The position numbers and the translations under genes are program-made. This document shows, piece by piece, positions 37,589-50,900 of a stretch of DNA of 64,000 nt. Position 1 is the stretch's first letter; each line of letters begins with the position of its first letter. Under the pieces are notes generated by a model. It did not search any database. It worked only from the letters and a program-made list of their open reading frames with translations, and had not been told where the DNA came from. The DNA is from Basidiobolus meristosporus CBS 931.73 (taxonomy: Eukaryota; Fungi; Basidiobolomycota): contig MCFE01000468.1 in NCBI GenBank assembly GCA_002104905.1, positions 1-64,000 of the forward strand, written 5' to 3'.

Positions 37589-38033
37589 TGGACCCCTATG
37601 AGAAATCTCAAACCTGGAATTCATGTGATTTTAGCTGGTATTGTGCTGGTAGTCTAATGGTATATAGCAGGCCTTCAACTGGTGTTTGGGTTGAAAATTT
37701 CAAATGCAATACTAGATGGAAGTAATTGGGAGCAAATCATCAAATTTGGCATAGATGCTAGTTTGCCTAGTCCCCTCCTGGAGAACCTGTTTGCTTGCCT
37801 GCCCATCTGCTAAGAATGGAGATATTGAGAGTTGTTGATTTTGTTAAACTTGGAATTCAGCTGATACTATGATGGTATTTTGCTGGGTGTTTCCAAATTT
37901 TTTTCTTAGAGGCAGTAAAATCAACAAATTACCATTAGAATCCCATCAAAAGATTGTGTAAGCTGCCAGCTTTATGACAGACTCATTGCAGAATCCTGAC
38001 AGCTAATCCAGATTGGATTCACCTATGGGACCA
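37589..38033. mobile_element. 445-bp non-autonomous element with TGGACCCC...GGGACCA ends, 3-bp TSD AGT
   Basis: agt|TGGACCCCTATG ... CCTATGGGACCA|agt. Related ends at 21355, 24220, 39558 and 63109. Confidence 0.6.
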
Positions 38034-38039
38034 AGTTAT

Positions 38040-38304
38040 TTTGCATAGGGGTAAAGTAGCTAGGATAGTCATCAATGCACAATATGTTCAAGCAAGAAGT
38101 CATCCACTGGGAGAAATGTGCCTGGAGCACTATGAAAAGCAATCAAAGTAAGAAAAGTATTATTCTGAGCAAAATAAGTAAGACTGAGCAAAATACCTGT
38201 ACCAGTATCCTACCACTGGCATCATGGTAGAAATAATAGTGCCATATCAATCAGGCGTCATAAATTGGCTGGCACTATTGGGTACTATCCAACAGAACAA
38301 GTCT
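38040..38304 (+). mobile_element. 3' end of PHIS transposase plus terminal repeat (fragment)
   Basis: Similar to 33990-34257; ends CAGAACAAGTCT|aat. Confidence 0.75.
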
Positions 38305-40092
38305 AATATAATTCTTAGAAGATGATATTCTTGAAGTGGCTGAGATCAGGTAGTGCCAGTAACTTGACTTGTGTTCCTACATCCCCAAACATCTGCTTCA
38401 CAGCAAGCTCCCAAAAGGTGAAGCAAGACCTAATATTTGCCACACACCAAGCAAGAATGAGTAGAGATTGGATACAGTATTAGCATCATATGGGAAAAAT
38501 TTGTGATGATCCTGTCCTAAGTCCTGTGACTAAGAGAAATTGATCCTATCAGGACACTGTGCAAAGGCCATGAAAGTAAATTTCACCCCAGATTTCACAG
38601 GAAACTTTGTCAAAATTTACAACACCACAATACGTAGGTGACTTTTGTTTGGCTCTATGCCAATTCTCTCATTTTCTGTTCCCAGACACTCAATCACCCC
38701 CTACATTTGTGTACATTGATTGGCTATTGCCTCTGTTTCACACTCATTACTACCTGACTCAACCAATTCTCTTACTTTTCATGCATACAAATGGATATAT
38801 TTCTGTTGAAAATTCAGGTATGCCTCAATTGCCAGTTGTGTTGACCTATATAAGTCCCTATACCCAGCACTAACTTTGAGCCTAACCCCACATTCAACAT
38901 GTAATTCAATTAGAATCCACCATTTGATAGATATTTCTGCTGCAATGCCCATTTTTCATGACTTTGGCTGGGACCTTGCAGTTTGTACCACTGTTCATTC
39001 ACTGGTTCCCATGCATCTCAGTCTTCAGCCAGAACTGCAAGCTCTAGCACCTTGACTGCCAGTTTATGCAATAAGTCCATGCACAATTCACCCATGTTTT
39101 TGTGTTCCCTGCTCTTGAAGAAGTTCTGGAACCTTTTGGTATGCCCATTAATCTTTCAAAACTCCACTGTAGGCATTGTGAGGTCCTTTGAGTTATCAAT
39201 GTTGTTGCTTTGTCTGTGAGTGGGATCACTACTCTGTCTACAATGAAGGATGTGGAGGTTGTGGTAGCCAAATTGTCTTTCTCTGCAAACTCATCCACCA
39301 TGCTGGATTATGGTTCAACTGACTGCTGTTCCAACTCTTGAGAAAACAGCTTTTGTCATGTTGGTAGTGCTTCTTGGCTTTTATGGGAGTCAGCCTGCTC
39401 TTGTCTGATGGCATCAATTGTTGAGACCTGCAGCTTTTTTCTGATCCTTCCCTGTCTCTGGCATGGGTGAAATTTTCATGCTTTACCTTCAACTATATGA
39501 CTGCCAACTCTTTGACTGAGTGCTTCTTGTATTTTACATGCACCATGAAAAATAATTTGGTCCTGCAGGTGGATCCAATCCAGATCAGCTGTCAGGATCC
39601 CATTTAGAGACTGTCATAATACCAGCAGCTTGGAACTAGTGACCCTCCTAACAATCTTATGATGGGATCATGATGGTGTTTTGCTAATTTTGCAACCAAA
39701 TAAAGGAATTAAAATTGGCAATATTTTAACGGTACTGTGACAATATTTACATGGTATTGTTATGGTCTTTTGGCGCTCTATAATTATTTCAAGTGGATCC
39801 AATCAGCTGGGACATTCAATTGCCTTATGTGGCAAGAAGCTTGATGGTGTTTTGACGGCCTCACAGCAAGACTCTGATGGCATTATATTGGTAGTATGAC
39901 TGCCTACCACTTGTTCTGTATAATGCTACTGTTGTAGTGCAGTCACAGTGACACCCACTGACTGATGTGCTCATTTCCTTAATTTCTACTTCCCTATTTC
40001 TCCACTACACTAACTTTAGTTTTATCCCATTTGTCTTACTTGATCAGTACTATCCCGTAAGCCAACTGACTATCACACCTACTTACCTTATT

Positions 40093-40825
40093 AGACTTGT
40101 TCCGTTGGATAGTGCCACATTGAGCCATGAGTGCCAAATGATGCCATAGTGTGCCAGAGAGGCCAAGTGAGTCTCTACCTGGCCACAGAGTGTGAAACAT
40201 AGCTCTGCATCTTCATGCAAAGCAGCCCCTGTGTTTCACCCATTGTGCTGGGGAAAATCCATTTTTTGCCCTTTTTTTTTGGATCAATGTTGTGCAGGAT
40301 ATGTTAGAGCACAAGCAGATTGAAGATATGCGTCTGGTACTCAATACCCATGGCACTCTGAATCTAGCTCCTGTAGCTTGTATCATGTCACTAAAATGAA
40401 TGGCACTATCTTGGTCCACTGGTACTATCTGGCACTATATTTAAATATTAGCCCTAAAGTAAGATCTATACAAAGCACTTATAGTGCCAGATAGTACCAG
40501 TGGACCAAGATAGTGCCATTCATTTTAGTGACATGATAAAAGCTACAGGAGCTAGATTCAGAGTGCCATGGGTATTGAATACCAGATGCATATCTTCAGT
40601 TCTCCTGTGCTCTTACACATCCTGAGCTACATTGATCCACAAAAAAGGTAAAAAAATGGATTTTCTCCTGCGCAATGGGTGAAACACAGGGGCTGCTTTA
40701 CATGAAGATGCACAGCTATTTTTCACACTCTGTGGCCAAGTATAGGCTCACTTTACCTCTCTGGCACACTATGGCATCATTTGGCACTCATGGCTCAATG
40801 TGGCACTATCCAACGGAATAAGTCT
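40093..40825. mobile_element. Foldback MITE (733 bp) of the PHIS family, ATT TSD
   Basis: Arms of about 345 bp in inverted orientation around a ~40-bp spacer; att|AGACTTGTTCCGTTGGATAGTGCCACA ... GGAATAAGTCT|att. Confidence 0.92.
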
Positions 40826-42889
40826 ATTGCATTAGCTATCCCTCACTATATTTAAGATTACTAGCTGTAATTGCTTCTATATTAGGCAAGTGCCCTCATC
40901 AGTACCTGTGACAAATCATCAACCCATGTTGCCATCCCTACCATTTCTGTACCACATATGATATCCCTATGTTACACAGGTTTCAGAGTACTGACTCCTG
41001 ATTGGTTGGATGTGCTGTGCCCCTTAGAACCTTCCGGCACCTACTTAGAATATTCTTGGCTCATTCTGATGTCATTCAGATTTCTATTGATCTCTGGAAC
41101 CTTCTGGAACATCATGATTAGTATTCACTTGGCAAGTGAGAAAAGTATAGAAGGGAGATAATCCCTCAACAATAAATTACCATACCTTTTACCAGTATAC
41201 CAACTTGTTGATTAGTGTGATCAATACCACCTGCTGCTACCTGAACTTCCAACCCCAGACCACAGAAACTCCCAGGAAACCATGCTGACAGCCAACTGAC
41301 CTTAGAGGCACTACTTGTGAAGAATACTCAGAGTAGGTATCTTTATTATATTTGTTTCTTTCCCAAGTTTGTACTTGTACAGGCAAAGATACTTCTCTGT
41401 CTTTGTAACTGTTGGCCAAAGCTGCATTCTTATCAAGTCCCTGCTGGTGGAGTTTACAGTTGTTTTTACTTTGGAAGCTTTTGTACATTGTCATCTCAAA
41501 GGATGCTGAACCCAGCACATACTTCTGTTAAGACACCAACTAAGTTGGGGATTATAGCCCAATAGTTTTCCCTTGACAAGCTTGTGGCTTTATTCCCCAT
41601 CACATTAGATTAGAGACAGAACCCAAGTATCCCTAGCAAGCTTTTGCCAGAGGTTATTGCTCCTAGTGAACACCCCACACACAAAACACTTGACAAGTGT
41701 TGGACGTATCTCTCCCTTGGACTTATACACCACCACACTGCACCAATTTACCAAATGGTATTTCCTTTTTCTACCTCTCCTTGTACAATTCACATATTCC
41801 ACTGTAGAACCACCCCTCTTTATTTGCTTACCCACTACTATCTTGGGTATTCCACATATAGTTTGAATCAAAAAAAACTATGGTTTCCTGCTTACTAACC
41901 TCTGCAAATGTGCACACCTGCTGCAAATGACATTCTTCTATCACCTCAACTTTACAGCTTTTTACTGTGATACTTGCAAAGTTGCCATATACCTTGTACT
42001 GCTGGTAACATATACATCTTGCAAACATATGCTTGGTTGTTGCCACTTCTGCCATGACTACCTCCTGAATATCCACAAAGAACTTCATGGTATTTAGCCA
42101 GTATATTCCTTCTCCCTGCTGGATTCTAGTCCCCCTAATAGGTGCGCTCTGGCTTTTGTTTGTGTGAACTCTGTATTGAATGGTGTAGACCATGAGAAAT
42201 CCAGCATACCTTAGTAGAGTTTTCCTGATAAAAATTAGTTGCTTGTTGTACCCAACCCAACTTTGCATTACTTAATTGATCAACTAGGCATTGGGGCTGC
42301 TTAGCTTCTTCATGCCATAGGCATAGGTGTCTCCATGTGCACATTTGTCCTCAGTATTTTCCAACTCTTCCTGGCTGTCCTCCATGTGCCAACACATCAC
42401 ATCCATGTGGGACTTGAGGGTAATATTCTTGATGAGATTGGGATATGGTAGTACCTGCAACTTCACTTGTCTTCCTATCTCTTTGCACATCTACTCCAGA
42501 GGAAACTCCAAAAGGTGAAGCAAGGCACACTATTCTCCACATACCAATCAAGATGGAATAGAGAATGGATACAGCAGCAGCAGAGATCTATGCATTCAGC
42601 TTTATACTTGTAGTATAGCTGCTAAGGTAGCAGATACTCTGTAATATCTTGCAAATTCTTTCAAGTTTCTCCAGTATCTTGAAGGGCTCATTTTGCTTGA
42701 AATTCCCCATGTTCAACTTGGTCATCAGTATAGGCATATTGCTGGAAAGCAAATGCAATGCTCCCAGGGGAAAGCTTTTGCTTCAATAGATACCCTCTCT
42801 CTTAAGTATCTCCAATTAATTCCATATTCTGGCCAATGGCTTATAGCTTGCCAACTTTGCTGCAATTGCATGCTGACTTCTGTAAGTTC

Positions 42890-44117
42890 TGTTGTGTTGT
42901 ATTATGATTAGTTTGGGGCTTGTTCTACAATGTAGAGGCTAATTAACAATATACAACAACTTCCAGTATGCTAATACTGAAATAGCTTATTGGGAGCTTG
43001 ATATACCAATAGAAGATATAACTTTCACTAATCACTAATTCCTCAATCTTAGGCTCAAAATATACTATAGGCAGTGTTTATCACTTCTACAGCAGTGTTC
43101 TGACCTTCTGTTGACTAATGGGCTTATTTACTTTTATAGTAACTTTTCCTTATTTGGAAGTCACTTTCCTTTCTGAGAAAATATCTCCTAATATGGAAAT
43201 TCTGAACTCCCCTTTAACCTAAAGGGGTGTGTTGTAGAAGTCTCTAAAGGGGTGTCTAAAGGGGTGTTTGTAGAGTAAAGGGGCTTCTTGTAGTGGTCTC
43301 TAAAGTGGACTTTACACTAAAGGGGTGCCTAAAGGGGCTTCTTTAGAGTAAAGGGGTTTCTTAAAGGGGTCTCTAAAGGGGTCATTAGACTAAAGGGGTG
43401 TCTAAAGGGGTGTCTTTAGAGTAAAGGGGTTTCTTAGAGGGGACTTTTCCTCCAGAAAAGTGGTAGTTTCTTCTAGAACTTAGATTGGATTCTTGTGAGC
43501 TTTGCAGTCTCTTTACTGATGTAGTATCAATCAAAGTCAGAATACTCAACAGTGCAAGTGATGCGGGGAAGTCTTATAACCTTTAAACTTGTAATTGTAG
43601 TGTGGAGATTCTGGAAAGAGAGGCTCTCCTTTATTTTTCAGCTGGGGAAGTCATATATATTAAAATTTTGAAGGATCAAAGTTTTTGGGCAATTGCGCAA
43701 GCAATACACGTGATACAAAGCTAAAATTTGCAGTGGCACAGATCGGACATAGGCGCAGCACCTGTGAAAATTTCACGTGATTTGATTGGCTGGCTCAAAA
43801 GTTACACGTTATCAAAGTCACCATAGTAATCCTAGCATTAAGGCATAGTATATATAATAGTTGGACTTTTTTGGTCATAACTCCTTAAGTACTGCTTCAA
43901 ATGAGCTGTAATTTGAAACATGTGTTGGCTACTATGGGTTCTGTATGACATATTATTCTTGGGTGTGTTGCTTTTCAGGGTCTGGAGCATTTGTTCATCA
44001 AAGTTGAAAATTCTTGATCTGTCACTTGTGTGTTACAATAGCAAAAAGCAAAATAAAGAAATGAGTGCAATATTGGTTTAGAGATATTGTAGTAATGGAA
44101 TACTTTCTATTACCACA
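42890..44117. mobile_element. Solo LTR (1228 bp), TG...CA, 4-bp TSD GTTC
   Basis: gttc|TGTTGTG...TACCACA|gttc; paralog of 26790-28032; same minisatellite at ~43219-43443. Confidence 0.88.
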
Positions 44118-45229
44118 GTTCTCTCTGTGGAAAGATGATGTTCTTAGTGCTGGTGTTTGGGTAATGATAATGTGTGTGAGTTATGGAGTAAATCTCATGG
44201 ATCTCACACATTTGACAGCAACACCATACATTGAGCCTGGAAAAACCTGCAATTTTGCTGATGGCTGCGGTATCTCTAATGCAGATAATAATATGAGCTT
44301 TTACATGACAGCCATTTACTGTTATCCCACCAGAGGGCATACAAACTTCATCCTGCAATGGACACAGATAGCTATCCAGGTTTGATGGTGCTTTAGGTCC
44401 AGATACCAGTGAAACTACCATCAGATTATTGCTCTGATACTGTAAGATGGGTGGCAGATTCAGATTGATGAGAATCAGTGGCCAGCAAGATTTGGTGGTA
44501 GAGTGTTTGTTTAATGAGAACCCATCAAGTGCTAAGACTAAGGCATGGTCATACATACCTTCAAAGTAGCCCTTGCTTGTTAGCTGATTGTAATGTTTGT
44601 CATCAAATATATTGGATATGTTTGCACTTGATTGATACTGAGTGCAGTACTGTATAGCTTTGCAATATTTGCCAGACTGCATCAGCCTCATCAGACAGGG
44701 TATGACCAGAATATATCCAGAGTGTGAACTATGTTTTCCCTCCAGGTGGTGGATTCCTGACTACTTAGACATGTTGCAACATTAGCATCTTTGGATGTGA
44801 ATGCCATGCAACTGTTAACACATGCTGGAATCATGAGAGCCTTTGGAGCATATGTTGCCAGCCACATGACAGTTGTCCACTTGTACCATATACATGGTAA
44901 GTTGCATCCTGGTATGATTTTGGCAAGAGGTATGAATAAATCCTCAAGTCCCCCATTACTGATATTAGTAGAAGCATGCCACTTCTCTAGCCACAACATT
45001 ACATTATCTACCAGTAGATGGATTACTGGGCTCACTTGGCTCCACAAGTTATCCTTGGTATTTGTTTCAATGGGTGTTGTCTCATTAAATACAGGGATTT
45101 GACCAGGCTCATACATGGTACTGTTGTTAGGGGAGATAGGCTCAAAATGCATTAGTGAACCTTCTTTGTCAGAGCAATCACTCTGTGCACCATATTCAGA
45201 AGGCTGAGGTGAGCCTAGAGGCATCATAA

Positions 45230-45597
45230 TGTTATGATCTGCTGCTTGAATGTTTAAGTTGGATCAGTTTTTAGTCAAATCAATTAGTATATGTTCAGGT
45301 TATCAGTATATCAGTATTATCTATGAAGTCAGTAGCATTAGTCAGCAAATGAATCAGCAGATCCTTATCAGACAGATATAGGTATATTAAGTAGGATCTT
45401 ATTGGGTGATGATGATGCAATCAAATGAGTCATCAGCCACAACCTACATTAGGAAATACAATTAGTCAGCAATTTATCTGGCAAAATGTATATAAGGAGC
45501 TGCTGGAACCTCAATAAAAATCAGTTCAAGTTTTAGTGAATACAATACTAGCTAAACTCCCTATTCCTCTACAACTCTTATACCAAGACTTGTAACA
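45230..45597 (+). mobile_element. Solo Gypsy-type LTR (368 bp), 4-bp TSD ATAA
   Basis: ataa|TGTTATGATC...GACTTGTAACA|ataa; its 3' ~50 bp match 58992-59041, just upstream of a Gypsy gag. Confidence 0.75.
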
Positions 45598-46082
45598 ATA
45601 AACTCACCTGACTCAGTTTGTGCAAAGTGACAAAGATGGCCAGGTGCCAATATAGAAGTATTAACTGGCTGGCAAGATAATGTTGGTACAGTAGTGACCA
45701 ATGAATGATCAAATATGACTTGGGTGGCAAAATACTGGCCATGATCCTTGTAATACTTCCTATGCTGTCTGCATGCTTCATGGCTGAGAGGCTTCCCACA
45801 ATAGCCATATGGTCTTTTTTCTCTTTTCTTACGGTGTCAAGTCAGAGTAGTCTTGTCTATGGGGCAAGCAGCTTGACCTTCAACAATGTAAGGCTATTAT
45901 ATCACTTTTTTGTCAGTATTCATGTGAACTTAAGACAATCATGCATTTGAAACATTGCACCTACATGAATGTAAGTTTCAATGATGACCCACAATGGTAA
46001 GCATTATAAATGAATTTATGGCACCACATACACACGTATATATAACACTATTTCCCCTTAGGTTTGACTCACTTCCATATAT

Positions 46083-47030
46083 ATGCAGCTAAAAAATAAA
46101 GCATGTATGTCTGGTTTGCAACCAAATCCCACTGCTGATGGCAACAGCAGAATGATTGGACAAAAGCTTACTTTGACATTCAGTGCAACAAGCAGGGCTA
46201 CATCTAAAAAAGGCCCTGTGGACAGTGTGCCCATTGAAGGGAATAATGTAAATTCCTCAGGCTCTCAGTCAAGTAGGCAATTGAGAACCTCTGTGGAGCC
46301 ACAAGCTGATCAGTATGCTCAGGCAGATGAGAATGTAGCAAATGCTGTACTCTCAGCTGAAGACCAGCAAGTGGCTATGATAACATCACCACCACCCACA
46401 TTAGTAAGTATGTTGTCAGCTCATACCAAAGCTTCAATGAAGCAATTAGGTGCAGTGACTGATAGCATAGATGCAATGGCCCAGAGAAGTCAGGAAATAG
46501 TCCAAAAACAGGATGAGTAGATAAAACATGTAGAGCAATCAATATAGCATGTAGAGAAAGCAGTGTCTTTGCTGCAAAGAAGGAACTCAAGTAGCACAAT
46601 GTCACAGCCAAGAATTGAGCCATTTCGCATTGCAACAGCAGAGGAACACCATACAGTCTTTGAAGCACAATAACAGTATCCAAAGATAAAGCCTACAGAA
46701 GAACCTATCACAGCATGGGAGGGAGACAATGTGGTATTTATACCAAAGCCTAAAAATCAAAAGACATTGAAGATATGTGAAGCCATTGAGTTCAATAATA
46801 AAGAGTGGACTAATATACAAGTGGCTGTCTGAAGTCTAGCGTGCCATCACCTTAAGGCTGGCATATCATGGGACCATCATGAATTCAAGGCCAAGCAGAA
46901 TGCACTTGACTTGCTTTATGAGCATTATCCTGGATTTAAACACACCAACAAGTTTTGGACCAGTAATGGTATGCTAAGAAAGTATCTCAAGAATAGCAGT
47001 AACTATTAAAGACAAAGAACTAGGGTGCAA
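46083..47030 (+). pseudogene. Second ORF of the CACTA-type element (coiled-coil plus C-terminal conserved-looking block), divergent from the transposase
   Basis: ORF 46083-46520 continues in frame through a few stops to ...FKHTNKFWTSNGMLRKYLKNSSNY. Function not recognised. Confidence 0.5.
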
Positions 47031-47952
47031 TGGCTGAAAACCAGCGGCTTCATCAGGAGCCCATAAGCATATGTTTGTAATAACCAAAATCTCTGAAGAT
47101 AAAGGTGATCCAAACATTGGTGCAGATATTGTTAATAAATCACATATTCAGATTGCCTCAATGGATTTAAAACTGTATGAGGCATTCTCACAGGAGCAAT
47201 GGCAGATATTGAGCTTATTGACAAAGGGTCAGTGTTTGTCAAATTCATGGCTAGGCCAAAATTTGGGTTGTTCAAAAACAGCGTTTTTGTTGATCAGGGG
47301 CCACTTTTGTTAATTAACTTTCCTTTTGTTTTTCTTCATAGGGGGCAGGGGGTGGGGGTGAGGGCAACAGAGCATTACAGCCAAAATTCTTATAGAGTTG
47401 AGGATTTTAATAGTGTTACTTGTTGAGTGCAGGGTTGGGCTTAATGTTAGTGTAGGGTATAGGGACTTGTATAGGTCAATACAATTGGTAACTGAGGTTC
47501 AACTGAAGTTTTAATGGAAATAAATCAATTTATATGCATGAAAACTAAGAGAAATGGTTGAGTCAGGAAGTAAGAAGTGTGAAAAAGTGGCAATACCCAA
47601 CCAATGCACACAAACAAAGGAGGTAATAGAGTGTGCAGGATCAGAAAGTGAGCAAGTTAGCAGGGAAGCAATAAAAAGCCACATGCACATTGTTGTGATG
47701 AAAAATTTGCCAAGTCTTTGTTGCAATTTAAGAAGTGATTTGGATATATGGAATTTATCAAGAAATGGTGATAATAGTTGAACTGTTGTTTAGTAGTAAA
47801 GAAGCTCAGTATTTATGCCTTTGTAAAAGTAATACAGCTGTAACACTAAGTAAGGAGGGTTTCTCAATATTCAGGAGCATTCTGTAACCGCCTCAGGGTT
47901 AGTACATAGTAGTTAGTATTAGTGCTATTTTGTTCCTGACTATAGGGGAATA

Positions 47953-50900
47953 TGTTGCAATATTGGACTATTTGGTATCATTCTGCAGCTGAAAATTTAC
48001 CTAACAATTCTGGACTAGTCTTGGCACTGTGGGACTAATTTGCAGCTCTGACTTTGCCACTTTCTTCAGATCTATGATCTTATGAATATTCACCTATAGT
48101 CAGGATCAAAACAGCACTAATACTAACTATTATGTACTAACCCTGAAACTGTTACAGAATGCTCCTGAATATTGAGAAACCCTCCTTACTTAGTGTTACA
48201 GCTGTATTACTTCTACAAAGGTATAAGTACTGAGCTTCTTTACTAATAAACAACAGTTCAACTATTATCACTATTTCTTGATAAGTTCCTTATATCCAAA
48301 TCACTTCTTAAATTGCAACAGGTTATGAGCCCCAATTGCCTTAATCTATTCTAAAAATGACTTCTACTAGCAAACAGAACAACACAAACATCTTCCCTGT
48401 AAAGGAGAGGTTTGATGGAAAGAACTACAGACTTTGGAGAATCAAGATTCATATTCACCTTGAGGAAAGGAAGCTTAGGAATGTAGTAACAGGAAAAGAT
48501 GTTGAGCCCAAAGGAACAGCAGAAGAAGTGGGGAAGTTTCAAGAGAAGGAGAGAAAGGCCTTTAAAGCCATATGTATCAATGTGCAAGATTCCTTCATTG
48601 GACAAATCCATGCCTCAAATACTGCCAAAGCAGCATGGGAAACCTTAGAGAAGATCTCTAGAGCAAAGTCAGTGTCAAGCAGGTGTTATTTGAAAGAAAA
48701 GTTCTTCAACATGAGGAAGAAACCAGATGATGACATGCTGCAACTCATTACCAAAATGGAGATACTTGCAGAAGAAATTTACAATATTAATGCTGGTGTA
48801 GATAATGAAGAGAAGATACTCTGTCTGCTTTGCAGCCTACCAGACAAGTATGAGCCACTCATACTTTCTTTTGAAAGCAGAGAAGACAACTTGACTTTAG
48901 ACTATGTCAAAGGAAGACTTCTCCATGAAGAACTCAGACATAATGATCAAGCAGAGGAAATTGAAGTTAATGCTTTATTCAGTTCAGAAAGGCACTCAGA
49001 AAAGAAGGGAAAGCAACAAAACCAAAGAAAACCTGGTTGCTACAACTATTGTAAAAAGCCAGGACACTGGGCAAGAGAACGCAAGAAGAAACAAGCAGAC
49101 AAAAAACAGAAACTAGAGCAGGCAAACCATGTAACTACTGATGAACAGTTCTTTGTAACCATACAAGAGAATGCAAGTAACCAAAATAATGAATGGTATA
49201 TTGACTCTGGAGCATCACAGCATATTTGTGGTATAAAGGAGTAGTTCAGCAACTTAAAAACTATTCCTGTAAGAAAGGTTTATCTGTGAGATAACTCTGC
49301 TCTGGAATCTACCACAAGTGAGTCTATACAACTAAATATGAGCAATAGCTCAGAGGCAACTACAGTAAGACTCACTGACGTACTCTGTGTACCTGGAATA
49401 GGTAAGAACTTACTCCCAGACAGTAAATCAACCGCTCAGGGACTGAAAATTGTTTTTACTAAGATGAGGGGCTCAATATTAAGTGAGAACAGACAAAAAG
49501 TAGCTTTGGAAATCAGAGATCACAATATATACAAGTCACAATGCAAGATCATTGTACCTGAGTATGTCAACATTGCTGAAACTGATGAAACCAACTGGGA
49601 GATGTGGCATAGGAGGCTAGGACACATTGGGGAACAGAGAATGAGACAATTGGTGAAAAATCAGCTTGTTTTGGGCCTAAAATACTCAATTCCAATCAAA
49701 TTGAATGCTTGTAAGGGATGCTCATATGGCAAACATGCTAGGCAACATTTCAAGAGCTCAGAAGGTATCAATACCACCAAATTATTGGCTATTGTACACT
49801 TAGACATATGTGGGCCCATGAGAACACTGTCATTTGGAGCCAAAAGATACTTTATGATGTTTATTGATGACAAAACAAGATATACATGGGTGTACTTCCT
49901 CAAAACAAAGGATAAAGCTTTAGAGATGTTTGAGCACTTCAAGAACCTGGCAGAAGCTTAAACTGGGTGTAAGTTGAAGGTACTACAAAGTTACAATGTA
50001 GGAGAATACTGCTCAAAGAAGTTTGCAAAATACTGCTTGTCCACTGGTATACTTCAACAGACCACAGTTCCTCATACTCCACCGCCAAATGGAGTAGCAG
50101 AATGCTCAAATAGAAAAATAGTAGACATGGGAAAATCTAAGCTATATAAAAAGAGAATGGACTATAAGCTTTGGGCTGAATCTGTTGCTACCACTATATA
50201 TTTCAAGAACAGATGCCCAACAACAGCACTACATAAATCTACACCCTTTGAAGCATATACAGGCAAAAAACCAGATCTCCAGCACCTCAAGATCTTTGGC
50301 GGTGATGTTTTTTATCACATCCCTGACAAAAAACCCTCAAAGTTGGAACCAAAGAGAAGGAGAGGGATCTTTCTTTGGTATTGTGAAGATACTAAAGGGT
50401 ATAGAGTGTAAGATGGCAAAGTTCAGAAGCTGATCAAGAGCAGGAATGTTGTATTTGAGGAGAATTCAGATCAGAAAGCCACAGAAATCATTGGCCAGCT
50501 GCCTGATGATGCAATCAACACTAATGAAAAAGATATGTACCAAGTCCAGCCAGATATGGAAGATACTTCTACCAGTTCCAGATCAGAACAGATTATCCCA
50601 GTTAGGAGATCTATCAGAATAAGAAATGCCCTTGGATCCTGGTGGCAGACATCCAATGATCATGAAGAAGCTTATCTTGCCTTATGTGCCAAACCTCAGA
50701 ATCTGGAACAGGCAATGCAAAGTCCAGATGCTACCAAGTGGCAACAAGCCATGCCAGAGTAGTACCAATCACTGATCAAGGCAAAAACGTGGGAACTGGT
50801 AGATTTACCAAATGGGAGAAAGCCAATGGAATGTAGATGGGTCTACAAGATCAAGATAACCTCAAATGGTGCTGTTGATGAGTACAAGGCTAGATTGGTA

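Larger units (their letters stand above)
41750..45950 (-). pseudogene. CACTA/En-Spm (Transposase_21-type) transposase, interrupted by two solo LTRs
   Basis: LALDGF...SCWPLILINLNLPP...VSGPKAPSNLDSYLCPLQDE (44110-44691); IH.LFHL..YVE...FWSFPLE.MC (~42480-42600); ACVNSCMAF (~44800). Outer limits approximate. Confidence 0.85.

Noticed and set aside
38040-38304. Far end of the outer PHIS copy starting at 22580
   Set aside because: Right flank (aatataattc) does not continue the gag sequence interrupted at 22579.
40090-40828. Reading the MITE as Tc1/mariner with a TA TSD
   Set aside because: Empty-site length comparison at 55165 fits a 3-bp ATT duplication, and the cognate transposase is DDE_Tnp_4-like.
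26790-44117. The two 1.2-kb direct repeats as LTRs of one 17-kb element
   Set aside because: Each has its own distinct 4-bp TSD (GATT, GTTC) and the flanks of the first rejoin as PHIS sequence, so they are independent solo LTRs.
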